From contig JBGTLG010000026.1 in NCBI GenBank assembly GCA_041744215.1, positions 15,598-79,597 on the forward strand: a stretch of DNA of 64,000 bases. Direction: 5' to 3'. A model generated the notes under the pieces. It was not told where the DNA came from and did no database searches. It was given only the letters and a program-made list of their open reading frames with translations. Every line of letters starts with the position of its first letter. Position 1 is the first letter of the stretch. Below are positions 37,740 through 46,701 of this stretch, piece by piece. The position numbers and the translations under genes were made by a program. Origin of the DNA: Fimbriimonadales bacterium (lineage in GTDB: Bacteria > Armatimonadota > Fimbriimonadia > Fimbriimonadales > ATM1).

Positions 37740-37986
37740 TGTTAACGGCTCATCGAACTCACTGTGCTCATCGAACTCATCACTGTTTACTATTGTTAAC
37801 GCGGTCTTTTGAACTCGCTGGATGAGTTGGGTGGTGCGGTGCGAGTGGTTCGGACGCGTTCTTTCGTGGATGAGAGTTCCGTCGGTTAAGTCTTTGGGGC
37901 GGCAAAAGTCAACCTGTTATAAGATTTCGAGCCAGATCGGCCGTGTTGTCTGAGATGGGATGCTGCCCGGTGCCGTTCACGGACAG
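37740..37986. repeat. Dispersed ~250-bp intergenic repeat, copy 1
   Basis: Aligns with 63495-63745; 57-nt identical core at 37792-37848. Confidence 0.9.
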
Positions 37987-38127
37987 ATTTTTTGGGAGCA
38001 ATGCGTTTGAGGAGGTTGCTGAAGTATCTGTCAGTGCCACCCGTCTCCCATACTCAGGGGTGTGAACGATACGCCTGGATGGGGTACACCATGCCACCCG
38101 CGGAAAATCGCAGTAAGCTGTCCACTA

Positions 38128-40176
38128 ATGATAGATACAGCCCACGCAAGGCCAAAAAGCGTGCTTGTCACGGGCGCGACGGGATACGTGGGTGGTCGTG
38201 TGGTGCGCCGCCTTTCAGATCAAAACGTAAAAGTTCGAGTCTTGGTGAGGGATGCGAGTCGGGTTACGGGTCGATTTGGGGAGACGGTCGAAGTGGCTCA
38301 AGCAGACGTCTTAGAGCCAGCGACGCTCGCCGCCGCGCTCGCAGACGTTGACACCGCCTACTACTTGATTCATTCAATGGGAGCAACGGACGATTTTGAG
38401 AGTCGGGATCGAGCGTCTGCACAGAACTTTGCAACCGCAGCTAAGGAATCGGGAGTGCGGCGCATCATCTACCTCGGTGGTCTTGGAGATGCGTCTCAAG
38501 ACCTGTCCCCACACTTGCGCAGCAGACATGAAGTTGGCCAAGTTCTTCGTTCTACGGGTGTCGAGGTGATTGAGTTTCGCGCTTCGATCGTGATCGGTTC
38601 CGGTAGCCTTTCGTTTGAGATGGTGCGAGCGCTAGCGGAACGCCTGCCTGTCATGATCACGCCGCGTTGGGTCGGGGTTCTAGCCCAGCCTATCTCGATT
38701 GGTGACCTGTTGAGTTATCTTACGCTTGCGTTAGAATTGCCGTCAGGAGAAAGCAGAGTCTTCGAGATCGGCGGAGCGGATCAGGTGACATACGGTGACA
38801 TGATTCGTGAATATGCGAAACAGCGTGGTTTGCGACGATTTATCATTCCCATTCCGCTGTTGACGCCTCGATTGTCGAGTCTTTGGCTCGGCTTGGTCAC
38901 ACCTTTGTATGCTCGCGTTGGAAGAGCGCTAATCGACAGCATTCAACATCCTACAATTGTTCGCGACAACGAAGCGCGTCACGTGTTTTCTGTGAATCCA
39001 GTCGGTGCGTCAGAAGCAATAGCCCTTGCGCTCAGAAACGAGGACCGGGAGATCGCTGAGACAAAGTGGTCGGATGCTGTTTCGTCGTCAGCCTTGTCCT
39101 CCCGTCCTTGGGGAGGTGTGCGCTTTGGAAACCGGTTGGTCGATTCACGAACCGTTGATGTGCCGGTCGCGCCACGACGGGCTTTCGCGCCGATCCAGCG
39201 GATCGGGGGAGGCGTTGGTTGGTACTTTGCAGACTGGTTGTGGAAGCTGCGTGGCTCCGTTGACGTTGTCTTCGGCGGGGTAGGAATGCGGCGTGGTAGG
39301 CGCGACCCTCAAACCGTACGTGTCGGCGATGCACTTGACTTCTGGCGCGTCGAAGTCGCCGACGAAAACAGGCTGCGGCTTCGTGCAGAAATGAAGGTTC
39401 CTGGCCGCGCATGGTTGGAGTTTGAAGTGACGGAGATCAACGGCGGGAGCAGAATTCGGCAAACAGCCGAATTCGATCCGTTGGGAGTTTGGGGGCTCAT
39501 CTATTGGTACGGCATTTACCCATTGCATAGGATTGTCTTCTCTGGAATGATTCGAGCAATCGCAGTCGAAGCGACGGGTGGAAAGCGACCGCCTTCGGCT
39601 GCTGCGCAAGCCGTCGCGCTCATCGGATTCTTCGTGGGCACGTTCTGCGCAGCCGCCATCGGAGGACTTGCAACGGCGGCGTCAGTTACGTCGTGGTACG
39701 CTGATCTCGCAAAGCCTGCGTGGACTCCTCCTAGCTGGGTCTTCGGCCCGGTATGGGGCGTGCTCTATTCCTTGATGGCGGTCGCAGCATGGTTAGTCTG
39801 GCGTCTGCGGCCAACGTCCGAGCGACCGATGATCGCCTTTTGGACTCAACTCGTTCTCAATGTCCTTTGGTCAGTCTGCTTCTTTGGGCTTCGATCGCCG
39901 GGTTTAGGATTGATTGCGATAGGCGCGCTTCTCGTTGCGATTATCGTCACCCGCAATGCATTCGCGTCGGTCTCGCGCCTCGCAGGCTGGCTGCTTGTGC
40001 CTTACCTCTTGTGGGTTGCCTACGCCGCAACCTTGAATGCTGGCATTTGGTGGCAAAACGCAGAGGGGGTTCAGGCAAGCACCAGCGCGCGGCAAGAAAA
40101 CGACTTGCCAATCCCGTCGAGTGGCTTGTTTCTGCGATTTTGTGTTCTCCCGTCGACCATCTTGCATATGGTGTGA
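38128..40176 (+). CDS. YbjT-like NAD(P)-binding SDR + DUF2867 fused to a C-terminal TspO/MBR domain
   Basis: TGATGYVG, YYLIHSM, RAEMKVPGRAWLEF; WYADLAKPAWTPPSWVFGPVW, LVPYLLWVAYA. Confidence 0.85.
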   Translation: MIDTAHARPKSVLVTGATGYVGGRVVRRLSDQNVKVRVLVRDASRVTGRFGETVEVAQADVLEPATLAAALADVDTAYYLIHSMGATDDFESRDRASAQNFATAAKESGVRRIIYLGGLGDASQDLSPHLRSRHEVGQVLRSTGVEVIEFRASIVIGSGSLSFEMVRALAERLPVMITPRWVGVLAQPISIGDLLSYLTLALELPSGESRVFEIGGADQVTYGDMIREYAKQRGLRRFIIPIPLLTPRLSSLWLGLVTPLYARVGRALIDSIQHPTIVRDNEARHVFSVNPVGASEAIALALRNEDREIAETKWSDAVSSSALSSRPWGGVRFGNRLVDSRTVDVPVAPRRAFAPIQRIGGGVGWYFADWLWKLRGSVDVVFGGVGMRRGRRDPQTVRVGDALDFWRVEVADENRLRLRAEMKVPGRAWLEFEVTEINGGSRIRQTAEFDPLGVWGLIYWYGIYPLHRIVFSGMIRAIAVEATGGKRPPSAAAQAVALIGFFVGTFCAAAIGGLATAASVTSWYADLAKPAWTPPSWVFGPVWGVLYSLMAVAAWLVWRLRPTSERPMIAFWTQLVLNVLWSVCFFGLRSPGLGLIAIGALLVAIIVTRNAFASVSRLAGWLLVPYLLWVAYAATLNAGIWWQNAEGVQASTSARQENDLPIPSSGLFLRFCVLPSTILHMV

Positions 40177-40255
40177 TCAACTGGCATTGGATTTCTTCCG
40201 CTCTAATTGTAAAAACTGCGCGCGTGGATGGGGTAAACCAGGCAACCAGCCGCTC

Positions 40256-40615
40256 ATGAGCGTCGAAAACACCGTCACGATGTATCGCCCCACGGGACCT
40301 AACGAACTCGCCCTCGTGGAGGACAGCGGCTTTCGTCGTTGGCCACCCAGACTCCCGGAGCAGCCGATCTTCTACCCGGTCACGAACGAGGAATACGCGA
40401 GGGAAATCGCGAGGAAATGGAATGTTCCAGACAGCGGCGTCGGCTTCGTGACGAGGTTCCGAGTCAGACGAGAGTTTGCCGATCAGTTCCCCATCGAGAA
40501 GGTCGGAGCCGCGTACCACACGGAGTGGTGGATACCTGCTGAGCGACTCGAGGACCTTAACGACAACATCGTCGGCCTGATCGAGGTGATCGCAGAGTTT
40601 CGCCGGGAAGAGTAG
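40256..40615 (+). CDS. Conserved hypothetical protein (YRPTG...WPPRLPEQPIFYPV type)
   Basis: Recognisable widespread small-protein motif; function unknown. Confidence 0.75.
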   Translation: MSVENTVTMYRPTGPNELALVEDSGFRRWPPRLPEQPIFYPVTNEEYAREIARKWNVPDSGVGFVTRFRVRREFADQFPIEKVGAAYHTEWWIPAERLEDLNDNIVGLIEVIAEFRREE

Positions 40616-40631
40616 TAAGTGAAGGTGATAC

Positions 40632-40707
40632 TGGTGGAGATGATGGGATTCGAACCCACGACCTCTGCAGTGCGATTGCAGCGCTCTCCCAGCTGAGCTA
40701 CATCCCC
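40632..40707 (-). tRNA. tRNA-Ala(CGC)
   Basis: GGGGATGTAGCTCAGCTGGGAGAGCG-CTGCA-AT-CGC-AC-TGCAG...GGTTCGAATCC...CCA; 76 nt; G3:U70 pair. Confidence 0.96.
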
Positions 40708-40799
40708 ACGGGGAGCCGATGGTACCCGACGTCGGACACAATTGGGCCCTGCGGTGAAACCTCTCATACTCATCGCGGGTAACCGTTCCACCAATTCAA

Positions 40800-42122
40800 A
40801 TGTCCACTCGCGCTTCGCACGTGCTATCGATCCGGCCCTTTCGCAATCTCTGGGTCGGGCAACTCATCTCGCAGTTTGGAGATGTGCTCTATAGCCTCGT
40901 GTTTATGTGGATGGTCCTGGAGGTGACTGGGGAGCCCAAGTATGTCGGCTATGTGATGGCTTGTGGTGCACTCCCATACGTGCTGTTTGCGCTGTACGCG
41001 GGGACCCTCGCCGATCGGCTGGACCGCAGAATGCTGTTAGTTCTCAGCGACATTCTTTCAGCCGCTTTGGTGACTGTATTCCTTGTTGTGATCCTCTTCG
41101 ATCCAGCGCCACCGCTAATCTTAATCTGTGTGATTGCATTCCTGCTCGGTACGTCGAATGTCATTGCTGCGCCTGCACGTGCGGCGATTACGCCGAGGCT
41201 TGTCCCGGAAGATCGGCTTCAGGAGGCGATTGCGCTGAATTCTATGTCGCAGGGCCTGATGCCGTTCCTGGGCGCAGTATTGTCCGGCGCAGGCTTGGCT
41301 CTTCTACACTTAATCTCGCGTACGTTCACTTATGCGCTCGCGTTTGGGCTAAATGCGATCACGTTTATCGTTTCCGCGCTCTTCATGGCGTCGTTGCCCA
41401 AGGTTGTCGCCGAGAGGACTGAGGAGCCGAAGTCGCCATTTCGCGATGCGGTCGATGGTATCCGGTTCATCTTTTCGCATAAAGCGCTTGCGGTTGCGAT
41501 CCTTATCGCGGTCGGCATGAATTTCTTCGTTGCGCCGTTTATGCCGGTTTACACGTACATCGCGAAAGAAGTGTTCAAAGGAACACCCGCGACGCTGGCG
41601 TTCTTGGAAGCTGGATTCTTTCTGGGCATGGTCTGTGGTTCGCTGGCTGCGATGAAGATTCGCACGAAGAAGCCGGGCTTATCGTTCGCATTCTTTCTTG
41701 TTCTGGCTGGCCTTATGATTGTGCCGATGGGATTCGTCACAAACTTCTGGGCATTCATGGCGCTCAATTTTCTCTGTGGAGTTTTCATTCCGCCAGCCAG
41801 CATTCCGATGGGGACTTTTATTCAATTGCAGACAGCGGACGAGTACAGGGGCCGGGTCAACTCCGCTATGGGCACGATGTCGGCTATGGTCATGCCGGTC
41901 GGTATGGCGATGAGCGGCCTGCTGCTTAAGTGGCTGACGCTGCCTGGCCTGTTCATCTTTATGGGTGGCGGTATGGCGCTTTGCGCAAGCTTCGGATTTC
42001 TATCGAAGCCCCTTCGGACCGCGACTCTTCCTGCTAGCGCGCCGACCCTCGAGGAAGATCCTCCTTCCGAAGAATCATTGGAAACATCGCCCAGTTCGCA
42101 GCCAGTTGCGCCTGATCTGTAG
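40800..42122 (+). CDS. MFS transporter (DHA3/MefA-like)
   Basis: FRNLWVGQLIS, GTLADRLDRR, YRGRV. Confidence 0.88.
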   Translation: MSTRASHVLSIRPFRNLWVGQLISQFGDVLYSLVFMWMVLEVTGEPKYVGYVMACGALPYVLFALYAGTLADRLDRRMLLVLSDILSAALVTVFLVVILFDPAPPLILICVIAFLLGTSNVIAAPARAAITPRLVPEDRLQEAIALNSMSQGLMPFLGAVLSGAGLALLHLISRTFTYALAFGLNAITFIVSALFMASLPKVVAERTEEPKSPFRDAVDGIRFIFSHKALAVAILIAVGMNFFVAPFMPVYTYIAKEVFKGTPATLAFLEAGFFLGMVCGSLAAMKIRTKKPGLSFAFFLVLAGLMIVPMGFVTNFWAFMALNFLCGVFIPPASIPMGTFIQLQTADEYRGRVNSAMGTMSAMVMPVGMAMSGLLLKWLTLPGLFIFMGGGMALCASFGFLSKPLRTATLPASAPTLEEDPPSEESLETSPSSQPVAPDL

Positions 42123-44277
42123 CATGGACGGAAGAGCGATCTTCCGAAACGCCGGGGGGGGCGACCCAACGCCCTCTTGGAGTTTGCCAAAGCTCAACAA
42201 CCTGGATGTAGGTGCCTCGATCTCCATACACGATCTCAGGACAGCCGGGCAGTGTGATTCTGCCCGCTCGGTACCTCCAAAGCGCAGGGTCATCCCCGCG
42301 CGAACTTTTTAATCTGTCGACGGCCTTAACGAAGGCTGAGCGCGCAATCTCATCAAGAGGTCGGCCATTGGTGTAGTCGACTGAAGTTTGTTTGCGCATT
42401 GCGCGCAGCACGACCGATGGCTGGATCACCTGCCGGAAGTTATCCAGGCTCAAGAAGTTTCCAGTTTTCCAGAGGAACAGCTCTTCCTGAAGTGCTGAAA
42501 ACCACTCGTTGTAAAGTGTCCGGGATACAGAGCCATCCAGTCTCTCGCCGTCCCAGTGTGACAAGTACGCGTGCGCGGCCATGCCTTCGGGCGCAGAGAT
42601 TTCGGTTATGTATGGCGCAAGGTGCAGCGCAGTGATGTCGGTGGTTGCGATAGTCCTCGCGAATCGCTCTAAATCTTGAGTTGCCAACACCTCCTTTGAC
42701 CCCATCAGCGCCGTCAAGTTTTCATTTCGGAAGACTGCTCCCCACACTGGCGTGTCGAAGTTCGGCCACCAAGCTACGGGCTTGTTGTTCCAGTTCGCGA
42801 ACCAACCTTGCGTTGGGTTGATGCTGTAGGGCATCTTGTCCGTCGGAACCATTCCGATCCAATCAAAGTCCTTTCCCGCAGGAGATGGAAAGCGCGGGTC
42901 TACTTTTGGAGAGCGGATGGGGACTGAGCCAACATAGAAATACGCTATCCCGTCTGTGTGACTTGCCACGAACGCATTCATGTTCGCGGTGACCTTGGAA
43001 GTCGCTGACTTCAAGTCGGAGAAGGTCGCCGATTGCGCAATTGCCATAGCGCCTTCCATGCTTGCTACTTCCTTCATCCAGAGCGAAGATCTTCGAACGT
43101 ATGCGACGCCGGTTCCTGCGCTCTTCAAGATGACTGGGCCATAAATCGTCATCTCGCGTTTGCCTGATGTCTCCTCTTCTCCGCGCACCTTAATCGGCAC
43201 GTCGATAATCTGAAAATCGTGTTCGACGCCATCGACTACGTACTTGCTTGGGTCGCCTTCCTTTAGCCGAACGAAGACGACATCGTCTGTGTCTGCAACG
43301 CCCGATGTCAATCCCCATGCAAGGTGCCGATTGTGACCAACGAGAATGAAAGGAAGTCCGGGGACGCTGAGCCCAGCAACAGAGTATCCAGGGCTGTCGA
43401 CGCTTGTTTGCCTGGCAATGCTCGGCGAAGAGAAACCCATTTGTGGGCCTGATAGGAGGATCGGAACACCGATCGCAGATTTTGCCGCAGACGCAACCAT
43501 TGCATAGCTGCCCCACTTGTTTGGTAAGCCCATTTCCGCCGATAGTTCATTCAAATCCGCTTGCTCAGCGATTCTTATCGCCGGCAGCAGTTCGAGGAGG
43601 TTAACACGCGGCAGCAGCTTGAGGTGATTCGCCAATGCATCAAGCTCTATAGCTGGAAAGGGCGACACACCTCGGTGCGGATCGTCTATCTCGGAAACGG
43701 TGCAGATCGCATCGGGGTCGTTCTGCCACGATAAGTCGTTCATAACGTCGACCGCTTCTTCCTTAAGCCGATCAGTCAGATACGTGTACAGAACCAGATT
43801 GCGAACTTCCCCTGCGCCCCCTCGTCCGAACTGCCGAATGAGCTGAACCCATATTGCGAGAACATCGCGCACACTCCACGGTTGGGGCCTGGTACCTTGA
43901 AATGTGGGAGGCAGTGGATCGATGCTGACAACTCGAGCATTGATGCCGCTGACGTATGCGTTGATGGCGCTGCGCACTTCTTGGCGCAGCGATTCAAACA
44001 TTCGATCATATTCGTCTGGCGTGTATCCAAAGCGGATCGCGTCGCGATCGCTCGCCACTGCTGTACGACCAACTATCTCTGCCAGCTTGCCTTGCGCGCT
44101 GCGTCGCGATAGCTCCATTTGCCACAGGCGGTCTTCGGCTGCGGCATGCCCCGACCAAAAGAATCCGCCTTCGAAGGACTCGGAATAAACATGCGCGACC
44201 CCGAAAGGGCCGCGGACAATCTCGCCTGGCAGTTGGGAAGAGAAGGTCATGGCAGCACACAAAGCGAAGCTAAGCAT
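42034..44277 (-). CDS. Penicillin acylase family Ntn-hydrolase
   Basis: GVAHVY, AEDRLWQME, G|SYAM nucleophile, GHN..LAWG, NWNNKP. Confidence 0.88.
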   Translation of the reverse strand: MLSFALCAAMTFSSQLPGEIVRGPFGVAHVYSESFEGGFFWSGHAAAEDRLWQMELSRRSAQGKLAEIVGRTAVASDRDAIRFGYTPDEYDRMFESLRQEVRSAINAYVSGINARVVSIDPLPPTFQGTRPQPWSVRDVLAIWVQLIRQFGRGGAGEVRNLVLYTYLTDRLKEEAVDVMNDLSWQNDPDAICTVSEIDDPHRGVSPFPAIELDALANHLKLLPRVNLLELLPAIRIAEQADLNELSAEMGLPNKWGSYAMVASAAKSAIGVPILLSGPQMGFSSPSIARQTSVDSPGYSVAGLSVPGLPFILVGHNRHLAWGLTSGVADTDDVVFVRLKEGDPSKYVVDGVEHDFQIIDVPIKVRGEEETSGKREMTIYGPVILKSAGTGVAYVRRSSLWMKEVASMEGAMAIAQSATFSDLKSATSKVTANMNAFVASHTDGIAYFYVGSVPIRSPKVDPRFPSPAGKDFDWIGMVPTDKMPYSINPTQGWFANWNNKPVAWWPNFDTPVWGAVFRNENLTALMGSKEVLATQDLERFARTIATTDITALHLAPYITEISAPEGMAAHAYLSHWDGERLDGSVSRTLYNEWFSALQEELFLWKTGNFLSLDNFRQVIQPSVVLRAMRKQTSVDYTNGRPLDEIARSAFVKAVDRLKSSRGDDPALWRYRAGRITLPGCPEIVYGDRGTYIQVVELWQTPRGRWVAPPGVSEDRSSVHATDQAQLAANWAMFPMILRKEDLPRGSAR

Positions 44278-44316
44278 GCTGCCTAATATACGACTTCTGA
44301 ACTTGCGATTGCGCGA

Positions 44317-44517
44317 TCAGGGCAGGCTGTTTCGCTTCCCGCCAAGGGCCTTGCGCGATACAACTGCGTAGACGACCAGGGCGATTCCAGCGATGATCCC
44401 GATTGGTACGACCAGTCCCCAAACGAAGCTGACAGCGCTAAAAACGAACTTGAGCGCCAAGCCTCCGAGGATGACGACGGCAAGGATTGTGAGGCCAAGT
44501 TTCAAAGGATCTTTCAT
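44317..44517 (-). CDS. Small membrane protein
   Basis: Two hydrophobic helices; GGAGG RBS. Confidence 0.7.
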   Translation of the reverse strand: MKDPLKLGLTILAVVILGGLALKFVFSAVSFVWGLVVPIGIIAGIALVVYAVVSRKALGGKRNSLP

Positions 44518-44595
44518 TTCTTTCCTCCGACGGTTCTGACGATAGCACGGGCGACGAGCCCAATCCGTTGCATTATGGGCCGTTCGGCCCCTTCT

Positions 44596-46098
44596 TCAGA
44601 CCCCGTCCGGCATCCATAAGCCGGACGCCTCGACTCGCATCGACAGGTGATCCTGCACTTCGGCCGCTCGGTCAACGTCGAGGTCAACGATGGAAGGCGA
44701 TCCCAGCTGTGCTCCGATCACTGCCGCGGTGCCAACGTCGAGATTCGCGATTCGGTAACGTCGCTGAATCGGACCTTGACTCAAGGAGAGCCATTGCAGC
44801 TTGCCATGTGGCGCGACATGAATCTTCTGATAGAGGATGCCCTCGCGAGTCAAGAGGAAGCCGTCAGTGAGCGCGTAACCGAGTGCTTTGTAGCGCGCGT
44901 ATCCGTACCAGAGGGCGATCGCCGCAATCGGTACAAGGCCAACGAGATGAAGAGTTGCGCCGCTATATAAGACCCAGCCCACCAGGGCAAGACTGGGCAC
45001 GAGCGCGAAACGAAACGCTCCTCGGCGTATCGCAATTCGGCTCACCGGTTGCCACTCCACAGCGCCAATATCAAGATGTGGGAAAACCCTTCGCACATAC
45101 TCCGCGATTTTTTGCCGCTTTACCAAGAGGCACAACGCAGATGTCCCGCCGTGTTGATCACTGATGTTGACCGATCCTGCAAGCCCGGCGTGGATCGTCG
45201 CGTACCCGAGCATCCTCCTCAAAAATGGTGCTTCTATGCAGAGCGTTTGAATTCGCGGTAGCGGAACAACGGACTCGACGATAGTGAAGAGACCATAGTG
45301 CCGCTGAAACTGGCCGTCTTGATATCGAAGCGCAAAGTTGTGATACTTGATCGCAGTCGTCACGATCGATGCTATCCAACCAAACAGCAACACAGCGAAG
45401 AGTACCCACACTCCGATAACAATCGCGTTGTCTCCCATTCCCCGAACAGATTCGAAGAGCGCTGGCGCGATTCTTTCGAAGAGGTTATCTGAGAATCGTT
45501 CAGCAATGAAGACCGGAGCCAAAAGGACGCCGATGATAAGGATGGCGCGGTTCTCCGTGGCACCCAATATGAGGAGGTCCTTCAGTGTTGCGGCCCAGAC
45601 GGTCTGCCTTCGTGGAGGAGGGGGCGGAGCCTCTCCGATCGCCGGCACATCGGGTTGTTTCGCACGAAGCAAGTACTCCTTCAGTCGCTGCGCTTCGGAC
45701 ACGCTTAATGCGGACAGATCACCCTCCGCTTGAGCCCCTCCCGCAGTCTCGATCTTTAAGTCGGCGATGCCCAGAAGCTGATGCAAGACTCCGCGCTTGA
45801 TTTCGACGTTTTGTATTCTTGCTAGCGGAATGGTGCGGACTTGTCGAAAGATCACTCCGGTTCGTATCACCATGTTGGTCGAATCAAGCGAGTACTTAGT
45901 GAAGTAATAGCGCAGTACCGCGGCCGCAATACTCAATGCTCCAAAAGCGCCGAGTGTTAGTTCGAGCGCATCGAAACCTCCACCTGATGCTCTTGTGACC
46001 AACAAGATGATGATAACGTATCCGAACTTACCCACGAAGCGAACCGTTTCGACGACAATCGTTAACGGATGGATTCGATGAGAAATCATGCTATCCAT
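44596..46098 (-). CDS. YdbT-like membrane protein with bacterial PH domains
   Basis: HPL, RIQNVEI..G.L.QLLG...L.IETAG repeats. Confidence 0.85.
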   Translation of the reverse strand: MDSMISHRIHPLTIVVETVRFVGKFGYVIIILLVTRASGGGFDALELTLGAFGALSIAAAVLRYYFTKYSLDSTNMVIRTGVIFRQVRTIPLARIQNVEIKRGVLHQLLGIADLKIETAGGAQAEGDLSALSVSEAQRLKEYLLRAKQPDVPAIGEAPPPPPRRQTVWAATLKDLLILGATENRAILIIGVLLAPVFIAERFSDNLFERIAPALFESVRGMGDNAIVIGVWVLFAVLLFGWIASIVTTAIKYHNFALRYQDGQFQRHYGLFTIVESVVPLPRIQTLCIEAPFLRRMLGYATIHAGLAGSVNISDQHGGTSALCLLVKRQKIAEYVRRVFPHLDIGAVEWQPVSRIAIRRGAFRFALVPSLALVGWVLYSGATLHLVGLVPIAAIALWYGYARYKALGYALTDGFLLTREGILYQKIHVAPHGKLQWLSLSQGPIQRRYRIANLDVGTAAVIGAQLGSPSIVDLDVDRAAEVQDHLSMRVEASGLWMPDGV

Positions 46099-46594
46099 CT
46101 GGCGCCTTGGTTCCGATCAACTGCTCACGAATGGCCTCTGCGCGCACCGGTGTCATGCCGGGAATGGTTGCTACTGCACCCATGGATCCTGCTGTGTACA
46201 CACTCATGTGAACGAGCCCAAGCATCCTGTCAATGGGCCCTGAGTTGATATCGACATGCTGAATCCTGAGCCGCGGCACACAGCGTCGAATCCTCCACAC
46301 AACGCCGTATTCAACCAAGACGTCATCAGGTCTGATCGCATAGCCCCACCGCTCAAACTGCAGGCGAGGCATGATCAGCGCCAGAGGATAAAAGACGAGT
46401 GCAACAATGCCACCAATCTGCAGCGTAGGCAGCGGCCACTGAGGAATGCTTCGCGAGACTGCGTACTCCGCCGCAACCACGATCCCAACGAAGACGGTGG
46501 TCGATACCAACGACGAGAAAAGCCAGACCTTCTTGACATTCGGGTGCAGCGACTGCATTTCTACGTTTGACTCTGTACCATCAGGTTGCGTCAT
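46091..46594 (-). CDS. YdbS-like PH-domain membrane protein
   Basis: RIQHVDINSGPIDRMLGL...TAG. Confidence 0.85.
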   Translation of the reverse strand: MTQPDGTESNVEMQSLHPNVKKVWLFSSLVSTTVFVGIVVAAEYAVSRSIPQWPLPTLQIGGIVALVFYPLALIMPRLQFERWGYAIRPDDVLVEYGVVWRIRRCVPRLRIQHVDINSGPIDRMLGLVHMSVYTAGSMGAVATIPGMTPVRAEAIREQLIGTKAPDG

Positions 46595-46701
46595 TGAATC
46601 TCCTAGTCTGAACGAGTTTCGACATCCAGAGGTGGACTCCTGCTTTTGCCCTTCCTCCTTGACTCTTCTGCTGATTCTCACCCAAACTGCCAAGCGTAGG
46701 C

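Noticed and set aside
37860-37920. IS3 transposase relic within the dispersed repeat (DFxRPxxxTD resembles DFSRPGKPTD)
   Set aside because: The match is too short to support without a search
24418-40707. Nitrate region as an island integrated at tRNA-Ala
   Set aside because: No integrase and no duplicated tRNA 3' end was found by eye at the far boundary
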